From contig CAZNKJ010000003.1 of assembly GCA_964574145.1 (NCBI GenBank), forward strand, positions 4,787 to 68,786: a stretch of 64,000 nucleotides of DNA, given 5' to 3'. Under the pieces are notes generated by a model, which had not been told where the DNA came from, did not search any database, and was given only the letters and a program-made list of their open reading frames with translations. Positions within the stretch are counted from its first letter, which is position 1. Every line of letters begins with the position of its first letter. Source of the DNA: an uncultured Candidatus Saccharibacteria bacterium. GTDB lineage: Bacteria > Patescibacteriota > Minisyncoccia > Phycocordibacterales > CAZNKJ01. Position numbers and translations under genes: made by a program. Below are positions 1-9,343 of this stretch, piece after piece.

Positions 1-62
1 CTTATTTTAGAAGAGAAGCCTAAGCGCATTTTTATTGTGCACAGGTTTTTATTCCTATGTTC

Positions 63-1820
63 TTATAGAGACCTATCTTTAATTTCAGTAGTTAACTTTT
101 CTAGAAGTTTTTCAATACTCATACTTCCTATTTTCCCAGCGTCTCGACTTTCAAGGGTTACTGTTTTATCATTTACTTCTTTTTCGCCAATAACCAGCAT
201 ATACGGGACTTTTTCAAGTTTCCCCCGACGTATTTTTTTCCCTAGAGTCTCGTTTCCGTCATCATATTCTACACGTATATTTTTCTCTTTTAGTATGGAA
301 TGTATGTCAGAGGCGTACTTAGATTGTTTTTCACCTATAGGAATAATTTTTACTTGAGTTGGAGAAAGCCAAAGAGGAAAATTTCCTCCTAAGTGTTCAA
401 TAAGGACAGCGGAGAAGCGTTCAATAGAACCCATTATGGCACAGTGAATCATAACAACTCGCTCTTTTTCTCCTTTTTCATTTATACAGGTTAGGTCAAA
501 TCGTTCAGGAAGGTTTAAATCAAGTTGTACAGTAGCTACTTGATGTTCTCGTCCCAGTGAATCTGTCGCCATAAAATCTAGCTTTGGTCCATAAAGAGCT
601 GCCTCTCCTATTGCTATGACATAGTCAGCTTTACGTTCTTTAGCAATTTCTTTGAGCTCATTTTCCGCAGTATCCCAGACCTCTTTAGTACCAAGATATT
701 TTTCTGGGTGTTTAGGGTTATGGAAAGAAAGACGAACATGTAGTTTAAAATTAAATGTTTTATAGAAAACATCCACCATGTCCCATATAGAAAAAAATTC
801 TTCTTTAACTTGATTTTGTCTGCAGAAAACATGAGAATCGTCCTGAGTAATTGAGAGCACTCTAGTAAGTCCTCCAAGTTCTCCAGATTGTTCGTCACGA
901 TATACCATTGTTGTCTCGGAGTATCGCTGAGGCATATCTTTATAGCTGTGTGGGTGTCTGTCAAAAATTTGAGTATGGTGTGGGCAGTTCATAGGTTTTA
1001 CTGCGAATTCCTTACCTTCTCTTGTTTTGATACGAAATAATTCTTCGCCAAATTTATCCCAATGCCCTGAGGCTTTGTACAGATCTTTTTTTGTAAAATG
1101 GGGGATAGTTACCTGTTGGTATTCATATTTTTTCCTAAGTTCCCACACATATGAGTCAAGCTCGTTACGCATTATAGTTCCCTTTGGTGTCCATAGGGGG
1201 AGTCCGGGGCCCACTAATTCTGAAAATGTAAATAGATCAAGCTCCTTCCCAAGTTTTCTATGATCTCTCTTTTTCGCCTCTTCTTTTTGTAGAATGTATG
1301 TATCCAGTTCTTTTTTAGTTTTAAAAGCTAGTCCATAAATTCGTGTAAGCATTTTATTTTTTTCATCACCGCGCCAGTAAGCTCCTGCTATATGAGTTAG
1401 TGTGAATGCTTTTGGATCTATATCTCCCGTATCTTTAACATGCCCACCTCGACATAGGTCTACAAATTCTCCTGTTTTGTAAAGGGTTATTTTTTCTCCA
1501 GCTTTATCAAGCTCGTCAATAATTTCTAATTTGTATGGTTGATCTTTAAATTGTTCTCGAGCTTTTTCAGCTGTGATTTGGATATGTTCAAAGGATAATT
1601 TTTTTTCTATAATTCTCTCCATATTGGCTTCAAGTAAAGCTAGATCGTCTGGAGAAATAGAAGTTTTTGAGCTGAATTCAAAATCATAGTAAAAACCATC
1701 TGCCGTGGTTGGACCTATGGCTAGTTTTACTGAAGGATCTTTTTCAATTACCGCTATAGCCAATAAATGAGCCAGTGAATGGCGTATGAGTTCTAAATGT
1801 TCATTAGGTTTTTTTTCCAT
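63..1820 (-). CDS. thrS: Threonyl-tRNA synthetase (lacks the N-terminal TGS/editing region)
   Basis: 585 aa. HSLAHLL and RDHRKLGKELDLF motifs of class II ThrRS. C-terminal anticodon-binding domain present. Confidence 0.9.
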   Translation of the reverse strand: MEKKPNEHLELIRHSLAHLLAIAVIEKDPSVKLAIGPTTADGFYYDFEFSSKTSISPDDLALLEANMERIIEKKLSFEHIQITAEKAREQFKDQPYKLEIIDELDKAGEKITLYKTGEFVDLCRGGHVKDTGDIDPKAFTLTHIAGAYWRGDEKNKMLTRIYGLAFKTKKELDTYILQKEEAKKRDHRKLGKELDLFTFSELVGPGLPLWTPKGTIMRNELDSYVWELRKKYEYQQVTIPHFTKKDLYKASGHWDKFGEELFRIKTREGKEFAVKPMNCPHHTQIFDRHPHSYKDMPQRYSETTMVYRDEQSGELGGLTRVLSITQDDSHVFCRQNQVKEEFFSIWDMVDVFYKTFNFKLHVRLSFHNPKHPEKYLGTKEVWDTAENELKEIAKERKADYVIAIGEAALYGPKLDFMATDSLGREHQVATVQLDLNLPERFDLTCINEKGEKERVVMIHCAIMGSIERFSAVLIEHLGGNFPLWLSPTQVKIIPIGEKQSKYASDIHSILKEKNIRVEYDDGNETLGKKIRRGKLEKVPYMLVIGEKEVNDKTVTLESRDAGKIGSMSIEKLLEKLTTEIKDRSL

Positions 1821-1946
1821 ATATCTTGCTGTTTTATTATAGCAGGTAATTTTTTACACACGAATATTATTTTTTACCTCCTCAGTAGACTGTCGGATCT
1901 TGAATCACTATGGATTGTATTAAATTTTCAATATTTGATATTTTAA

Positions 1947-4900
1947 TCACAGTGGTTTTATAGCTTCTACTATTATACTTTTTTCTCCATTCCTTCCCGA
2001 CATTCGTCCTTTCAGTGCGATACATTTTTGAGGTTCCAGTAGGTCGTGATATTTGGTTAAAGTCTTTGGAAAGATTACCACCTCTATACTGTCATTATGA
2101 TCTGCAATTCTAGCAAATGCCATTTTATCTCCCTTCTTGGTGAAGATTGGTTTAAGCTCTTCAATAATACCTACGATTACAGTAGTAACTCCATTTATCT
2201 GTGTTCGTTTCGTCTCCCTTATGTCTTTCTTTTGTTTCAGTAGTTTTTCTTGATATTGGTCTAGAGGATGTCCTGAGATGTATAAACCTAAGAGTTCTTT
2301 TTCCCATGCCAGTTTTTCAGTTTGAGTTGCGGGAGAACTTTTCTCTAAAGATATTGAGCTCGAGTCTTGTTTTTCTGGAAGATTTCCAAATAAGGAGTCT
2401 TGGTTTTCTACTACAGATCCATATTCACGGCTGTAAGCTAGCAGAGTTTCAATGTTTAAAAGCATTGTGCCTCTTTCTTCAAATTGATCAAGAGCGCCAC
2501 ATTTTATCAAAGCCTCAAGAGATTTTTTATTCAAATTTCGATCACGCACTCGTTCGAGAAAATTAGTGAGTGAAGTATATTTTCCATTATTCTCTCTCTC
2601 TTTAATAATTACTTTCCCAATCCCGTCACCAAAATTTTTTATAGAACGTAACCCGAAACGAATTTTTTGTTCAACATTTTTACTTTTTTCAGATTTAATC
2701 TTAACGATTTCTGTTTCATTTTTTTCTTCATCAGAAATAGCGGGAAGCACCGCGAAGTCACTTATGCTTTCATTTATGTCTGGTGGCATCACTTGTATTC
2801 CTAGACGAGAGCATTCAGTTATGCTTTCTGTTATTTTTTCTACATCTCCGGCGTCAGCTGTCATAACAGCTGCCATGTAAATTGCAGGATAGTTTGCTTT
2901 CATGTATGCCGTTTGATAAGCTACCTTTCCATAACTTGCAGCATGTGCCTTGTTGAAGCCGTATGCTGCAAAAGGCTCAATGAGTTTCCAAAGTTGTTCT
3001 GCTTTTTTAGGGGAAAGTCCTTTGCTCACAGCTCCTTCTATAAGTTTTTCTCTTTGAGCTTCCATTTCGGCGGGTATCTTTTTACCCATTGCTTTACGTA
3101 ATTTATCTGCTTCCAGCCAAGAATACCCTGCAAGTTCAATAGCAATCATAAGGACATCATCTTGGTATGTTACGACTCCGTAGGATTGAGATAAAATTTC
3201 TTTTAACCTTGGGTCAAGGTAAGAAATACGTAGTGGGTCGTGCTTGCGTTCAATATAGGAGGGAATAGATTCCATTGGTCCGGGGCGATAAAGAGCCACC
3301 ATGGCGTTGATGTCATGAATAGTGCTTGGTTTGAGTTCTTTTAGAAAACGCGTCATCCCACTTCCGTTTAACTGAAAGAGACCCATAGTTTCTCCTCGAG
3401 CAAGCATTTCAAATGTTTTTTTATCATCTAAGGGGACGTTATCTATATCTATGTTTATATTATGAATGTATTTTACTCTATGCACTGCGTCAGAGAGTAT
3501 AGAGAGGTTTTTGATGCCAAGAAAGTCAAATTTTAAAAGTCCTGCGTCCTCAACTGCATGCATATTATATTGCGTAATTATATTGCCTCCTTTAGGGTCG
3601 TGCTGAAGAGGTATAAAGTCCGTGAGTGGGGTAGGGGAAATTACAACACCAGCTGCGTGTACTGAAATATGACGTACACATCCTTCAATTTTCTGTGCCA
3701 GATCCAAAATTTCCTTAACGTCTTTGTCATTTTTATAAAGAACTAAAAGGTCTTTTTCTATCTTCATGGCATTTTCTATTGTCATAGGGAAACCCTGTGA
3801 TCCGAAGGGGATAAGTTTAGCGATTTTGTCTCCTGTTCCATATGGATGTCCCAAGGCGCGAGCCACATCTCGCACAGCAGCACGCGCCATCATAGTTCCG
3901 AAGGTTCCTATTTGTGCTACTCTATCTTCACCATATTTTTCTTTTGCGTAATTAATAACCTCATCTCGTCTGTTATCAGCAAAATCCATATCAATATCTG
4001 GAGCGGAGGGGCGCTCAGGGTTTAAAAAACGTTCAAAAGGAATTCTATAATCTATGGGATTTACGTTAGTGATACGAGCAAGATATGTCACTATTGACCC
4101 AGCCACAGAACCGCGAATTGTAGTGAGTATGTCATTTTTGTGCGCGAAATGAAGAAGGTCTGCAACCGTTAAGAAATAAGGAGCATATCCCTTGTCTTTT
4201 ATTATTTTAAGTTCGTATTCAATACGGTCAGTAAGTTCTTTAGTTTTTTCTACTTTTCTGTCTGCTATCCCCTTGTATACAATGTCACGCAATTCCTCAT
4301 CTGCAGTACGATTGTTTGGAATGGATAATTTTGGAAATACCCAAGAACCCAACGTGAGGTCGAGTGAACACCTGTCTGCTATTTTTACGGTATTTAAAAT
4401 AGCTTCTGGGGTGTCAGAAAAGTTTTTCTCTGCTTGAGCAGGGCTGATGAAAGAGAAATCCGTAGGAGTGTCGTTTAAGTTTGTTTGTTCTCCACTGGAG
4501 TCTGCTCCGGTTTGAATTTTTATAAGAGTATCTCGAGCCTTTTTGTCTTCGGGCTTTAAGTAGTAAACATCATGAGCCGCTACAAGAGGGGTGTCTGTAT
4601 CTTTAGAAAGTTTAAGTATTTCTTTTTGAGTATTTTGGTGACCTTCTATTTCGGGGTGGTGAGTGATTTCTAGAAAGACATTTTCTTTACTGAAAATAGT
4701 TTTATATTTTTTTAATATAGACTGAGCTTCTGTATGATTTTTAGATCGTAAGGCTATAGTAGTCTCTCCAGAAAATGATGGAATGATTGCGATGATGCCT
4801 TCGTGATATTTTTCCATAAGCTCCTGATCAATTCTTGGTTTGTAGTAGAAACCTTCTAGATATGAGTCGGTAACAATCTTGATGAGGTTTTTGTAACCCG

Positions 4901-5190
4901 TTTCGTTTTCTGCAAGTAGAATAAGACGTGCACGACGGTTGTCTATACCAGATTCTTTATCAAGACGAGAACGTAAAGCTACATAGGTATCTACCCCTAT
5001 GATTGGTTTAATTCCTTCTTTTTTACATTCTTTATAAAATTCTATTGCGCCATATAGGTTGCCGTTATCAGTAAGGGCTATAGCTTTCATCCCTTCTTTT
5101 TTTGCAGTTTCTATGAGCTCAGGAATTTTTGGCAATGCATTTAATAAGGAGTAGTGACTGTGAGTATGTAGGTGTACGAAATCTTTGCTC
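1947..5190 (-). CDS. dnaE: DNA polymerase III alpha subunit
   Basis: PHP domain motif HLHTHSHYS and full-length Pol III alpha architecture. Start taken at the internal ATG (MSKDFVHLH) rather than the ORF-track upstream Met. Confidence 0.9.
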
Positions 5191-5273
5191 ATATATCTGC
5201 AGTATAGCAGATTCTTTTTGTGTGGATTAGTTAGAGTAAGTCTAAGAATGAGTGCTATACTGAGAATAATATT

Positions 5274-5891
5274 GTGTCTAAGCGTCATTTTTTAACCCAT
5301 ATTCGTCAAGTTGTAGGAATAGATGAAGCTGGCCGTGGTCCACTTGCTGGTCCTGTGGCCGTTGGGGCAGTGGCTGTAAGTTGTCAGAAATATAAACAAG
5401 TAGAAGACATGCTTTCTGGAATTCACGACTCCAAAAAACTTTCTCAGAATAAGAGAGAAGAGTGGGTAGGTGTCGCGCAGATATTACAAAAAGAAGGGTG
5501 CATTAAATACGCAGTTTCTTTAGTAGGAGTCCGATTCATTGACACTTATGGTATTGTGCCAGCTGTGCGTATGGGACTCAAACGTTCACTCTTACGTATT
5601 GGCACTTCTTCCAGAAGCACCCATGTAATTCTTGATGGAGGTCTGTATGCCCCAAGTAGCTATCTTTCGCAAGAGACTATAATACGTGGAGATGAAAGCG
5701 AAAAACTTATCTCCCTTGCTTCAATTTTGGCAAAAGTGCGAAGAGATCATTTTATGAAACGTTTATCCTTACGATATCCAGAGTATGGGTTTGATATTCA
5801 TAAAGGTTACGGAACTTCAAAACATATGGAATCCATAAAAAAATATGGTATTTCTGATGTGCATAGAAAAACTTTCGTACATCTTTTTTGA
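5274..5891 (+). CDS. rnhB: Ribonuclease HII
   Basis: VGIDEAGRGPLAGPV motif typical of RNase HII. Confidence 0.85.
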   Translation: MSKRHFLTHIRQVVGIDEAGRGPLAGPVAVGAVAVSCQKYKQVEDMLSGIHDSKKLSQNKREEWVGVAQILQKEGCIKYAVSLVGVRFIDTYGIVPAVRMGLKRSLLRIGTSSRSTHVILDGGLYAPSSYLSQETIIRGDESEKLISLASILAKVRRDHFMKRLSLRYPEYGFDIHKGYGTSKHMESIKKYGISDVHRKTFVHLF

Positions 5892-6000
5892 GTTTGACAA
5901 TATCTATCTTTTTTTATAGAGTCTTTTATGGAAAAAGGTTCATGTTTTTGAATTATGTTCCTTTAAAATGTATTTAATAAAAAGGTTGGGAGATTAAAGA

Positions 6001-6303
6001 GTGTCCAAAAAACATTGGAAAAATCCTTCAGTAAAAACTTGTGGTAATCACGGAAAAAATAGAAAAAGGAAACCAATTGCTAGAAGTGTTTTGAAGCCTG
6101 GGGTGGGGGAACCGTTGGAGTTAGATATATTATGTACAGACTGTGTCCGTAATCTTGGCACAGACGGATTTGGAGTCAATATGTCTGTTTTGTGTGAGAT
6201 AAAAGGTGCATATTTATATTTTTCACATTATTCAGATTGCACGGCTTTTGTGAAAGAGTCTGACTCCAGAGCAATAGGCGAGACAGGAGAAACTTTTTCG
6301 TAA
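6001..6303 (+). CDS. Hypothetical small basic protein with a Cys pair (possible YceD/DUF177-like remnant upstream of rpmF)
   Basis: 100-aa ORF with a GTG start, preceded by GGGAG. K/R-rich N-terminus and a CTDC...NLG motif. Its position upstream of rpmF is where yceD usually sits. Confidence 0.3.
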   Translation: MSKKHWKNPSVKTCGNHGKNRKRKPIARSVLKPGVGEPLELDILCTDCVRNLGTDGFGVNMSVLCEIKGAYLYFSHYSDCTAFVKESDSRAIGETGETFS

Positions 6304-6434
6304 AGTTTGAGTTTATATAAATGGGTTTATTTGTTCAATTCAATCTTTACAACACACAAGGCGCATCTGTAAAAGGATGCGTCTTTAACATTTTGACCTT
6401 GCGTAAATCAAAAAAATACGTACAATAGCCTGTA

Positions 6435-6725
6435 ATGTCTGTACGAATGCGACACACTAGTGGGCACACGAGAAATCGACGCTCGCATCATAAACTTACT
6501 GAGCCACGTCTATCTAAAGATTCTGAGACGGGCGAGCTTCATGTACGCCACAGAGTTAATATGACCACTGGTCGTTACAGGGGTCGCGTTGTTATAGACG
6601 TCGCACGACTTGAGGAGAAAAAAGCAAAAAAGGCTCACAAGAAAGATTTAGAGTCTCGTGGTGATGGAGATAGTCCCCAGCAAGACGAAAAACCCATTAG
6701 CCCGGAAGAGCTTTCTAAGCATTAA
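6435..6725 (+). CDS. rpmF: 50S ribosomal protein bL32 with a C-terminal extension
   Basis: N-terminus [21 protein letters not shown]...YRGRVVI matches the bL32 pattern (RRSH, GxYRGR). It carries ~40 extra charged residues at the C-terminus. Confidence 0.7.
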   Translation: MSVRMRHTSGHTRNRRSHHKLTEPRLSKDSETGELHVRHRVNMTTGRYRGRVVIDVARLEEKKAKKAHKKDLESRGDGDSPQQDEKPISPEELSKH

Positions 6726-6853
6726 GAAATTAAGATGAGACCATGTTTTTGTCATAATTTCTATCTTTATTTCTTTTTTCATATTATTAATATAGGTCTT
6801 GATAATAAAAAACACTTGCGTATTTTATATATGCCAGTTAATGTATAGAGCAA

Positions 6854-7792
6854 ATGGCGAATCGGCACCTTTCCAGAAGTATAGTTCTTCAAACTCTATT
6901 TGAGTTAGATTTTAATAATTTGAATCGGAAAGAGGCTCTAAAAATGCTTACTCGAAATACGGAAGAGTTTGCCCCAGGTATGGGGGATTTTTCTTTTATG
7001 GAAAAACTTTTGCATGGTATTTTTGAAAAACAAGAGGATATAGACCTTATTATAAAAAAAGCAGCGCCGGAATGGCCTATAGAAAAGATTTCTGTAGTTG
7101 ATCGAAATGTGTTACGTGTTGGTCTCTACGAACTTCTTTTTGTTGATAGGGCTGAAGTACCGGCTAAGGTCGCTATCAATGAGGCTATAGAACTGGCAAA
7201 GGCTTTTGGTGGAGAGGCTAGTGGACGTTTTGTAAATGGGGTTCTTGGCGCAGTATATAAAGAGCTTGGTGAGCCTGGTAAAGATGAGGTTTCAAAGAAA
7301 AAAAGAAAAAATATTCCCTATGAAAAAATGCCAGTTGAGGAATTGGGCGGAGCGGTGGTATATGCAGTGGAAGGAGAAAATGTCTATCTGGCATTAGTGC
7401 ATGATATTTTTGGTCATTGGACTCTTTCTAAAGGGCGAGTAGAGGTAAATGAAGAGGTCAAAGACGGAACTAAACGTGAAATAAAAGAAGAGATGGGACT
7501 TGATATTTTAATTGAAAAGGATTTAGGAGAAAATGAATATATAGCCTCTGATCCTGAAGTGGGGAAAAAACGTAAACATGTAACATATTTTCTTGCCAAA
7601 GCTTCTTTTGTTGAGTTAGAGCTTGAAAAAAAAGGAGGATTGGATGACGCTCAGTGGTTTAAACTCGCAGACGTGCTCGATTTAAATTTTTATGAAGATA
7701 TATTACCTATTATTACAAAAGCATTAAATATTTTAGCTGGTATGAAAATAGATGTTGAAAATAAAGATAGCAGTATAAAAACAGAGAATTAA
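6854..7792 (+). CDS. nusB: NusB antitermination factor fused to a C-terminal Nudix hydrolase domain
   Basis: N-terminal half has the NusB pattern (VDRNVLRVGLYELLF...AINEAIELAKAFGGE...FVNGVLG). C-terminal half has the Nudix box GRVEVNEEVKDGTKREIKEEMGL. Confidence 0.75.
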   Translation: MANRHLSRSIVLQTLFELDFNNLNRKEALKMLTRNTEEFAPGMGDFSFMEKLLHGIFEKQEDIDLIIKKAAPEWPIEKISVVDRNVLRVGLYELLFVDRAEVPAKVAINEAIELAKAFGGEASGRFVNGVLGAVYKELGEPGKDEVSKKKRKNIPYEKMPVEELGGAVVYAVEGENVYLALVHDIFGHWTLSKGRVEVNEEVKDGTKREIKEEMGLDILIEKDLGENEYIASDPEVGKKRKHVTYFLAKASFVELELEKKGGLDDAQWFKLADVLDLNFYEDILPIITKALNILAGMKIDVENKDSSIKTEN

Positions 7793-7822
7793 GAGCAGTG
7801 TCTTTATTGACTTAAAAAAGGT

Positions 7823-8515
7823 ATGACTAAAGATTTTACAGAGTTTGAGAAATCAGCTGAGATAGATTTTAAAAATAAGAAGTTGTTAATGCAGGCATTT
7901 TTACATCGCTCTTATTTGAATGAAAATCGTGGCACAAATCTCCAACATAACGAGAGGTTGGAGTTTTTAGGAGACGCAGTATTGGAGCTTGTTGTAACAG
8001 ATTTTCTTTTTCAGAAATTTCCTGAGAAAGCAGAGGGGGATCTAACAGCTTATCGTTCTGCATTAGTGAACACAATAACTTTGTCTTCTGTTGCTGCGTC
8101 GCTGCACATGAGTGACTTCCTTCTTCTTTCAAAGGGCGAGGCGAAAGATATGGGTCGCGCTAGACAATATATCCTAGCGAACACATTTGAAGCACTTATA
8201 GGAGCACTTTTCCTTGATCGTGGCTACAAGATAGCGGAAAATTTTATCGGGAAAAATATTTTTCCGCTTATTGATGAAGTTATTGAAAAACGTCTCTGGC
8301 AAGACGACAAAAGCCATTTTCAAGAAAGATCACAAGAAAAAGTGAATATTACTCCATCGTATAAGACTTTACGAGAAGAGGGTCCGGATCACGATAGATA
8401 TTTTATAGTAGGCGTTTTCTTGGCTGAAGATCTTGTGGCTGAGGGAGAAGGGAAGAGTAAACAAGAGGCGGAACAGAGTGCCGCTAAGAACGCACTCAAA
8501 AAAAAGAAGTGGTAG
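7823..8515 (+). CDS. rnc: Ribonuclease III
   Basis: ERLEFLGDAVLEL signature plus a C-terminal dsRBD. Confidence 0.9.
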   Translation: MTKDFTEFEKSAEIDFKNKKLLMQAFLHRSYLNENRGTNLQHNERLEFLGDAVLELVVTDFLFQKFPEKAEGDLTAYRSALVNTITLSSVAASLHMSDFLLLSKGEAKDMGRARQYILANTFEALIGALFLDRGYKIAENFIGKNIFPLIDEVIEKRLWQDDKSHFQERSQEKVNITPSYKTLREEGPDHDRYFIVGVFLAEDLVAEGEGKSKQEAEQSAAKNALKKKKW

Positions 8516-8657
8516 ATTTTTACGTTAGCTTTTTAAATATTTTCTCAAAAATATAAAAATACCTGACATTGACTTATTTAGTTTGTAGTGTATAATGTGG
8601 TTAGAAGAAGTTTTGTGCTTAGAGTCTTTTTAGTTAAAACAAAAAGAGGAGGTTCTG

Positions 8658-9221
8658 TTGGAGTTTTTGAAAGAAATAAAGGATGTTTCGTCGGATCTTT
8701 CCGAATGGGATCTTTCTGATTTTGGACTTACGTGGAGAGATGGATGGGCTTCTCTTGTTTTTGTCCGAGTTTTTGGCCAGCTAAAGGACGATGAGGTTTT
8801 GCAGCCTTGTTTCCCTGTTGGCTATGTTTTTATCCGTGATCCTAAATTTGGGAAAAGAGCGTTATGGAAAATGCCTGGTGGACACAAGATGAACGAAGAC
8901 AAGTCCCCACTATATACAGCTCAGCGTGAGTTGTATGGCGAGACAGGCGTCTTTCTCCCGTTGAAATGTTTTCGCTATATTTGCAAAAGAAGAGGTCTTC
9001 GTGGAGATCATTGGCGGTGTATTTTTACTGCCGATATGAGTCTTTCAAAGGACGTTCCTTGGATGAATAGCGAACATCCTGAAAACGATGGGGAAAAACA
9101 AAAATATTTTTCTATTGAGGACTTTTGCGTTTCGGCGTGGAAAGGAAAGTTTCTTATGAATCATCTCAACATCCTTAACGACGAGTCTTTGATTCCGCCA
9201 TTAAGTTGGAGTAAGGATTAG
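8658..9221 (+). CDS. Nudix-family hydrolase
   Basis: TTG start 6 nt after AGGAGG. Nudix-like box GGHKMNEDKSPLYTAQRELYGETGV. Confidence 0.55.
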   Translation: MEFLKEIKDVSSDLSEWDLSDFGLTWRDGWASLVFVRVFGQLKDDEVLQPCFPVGYVFIRDPKFGKRALWKMPGGHKMNEDKSPLYTAQRELYGETGVFLPLKCFRYICKRRGLRGDHWRCIFTADMSLSKDVPWMNSEHPENDGEKQKYFSIEDFCVSAWKGKFLMNHLNILNDESLIPPLSWSKD

Positions 9222-9240
9222 CCAATTGAATGTTAGTTTG

Positions 9241-9285
9241 GAAGGCATGTCTGTCTATTAAGACATGCCTTCTTTCTTTTTTATA
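9241..9285 (+). terminator. Rho-independent terminator after the Nudix gene
   Basis: Hairpin GAAGGCATGTCT...AGACATGCCTTC followed by a T-run. Confidence 0.65.
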
Positions 9286-9343
9286 TTCATTTTAATTTGC
9301 TTAAGCTCCAGAAGCTCTTTATATTCTGTTATAATAAATCGCA

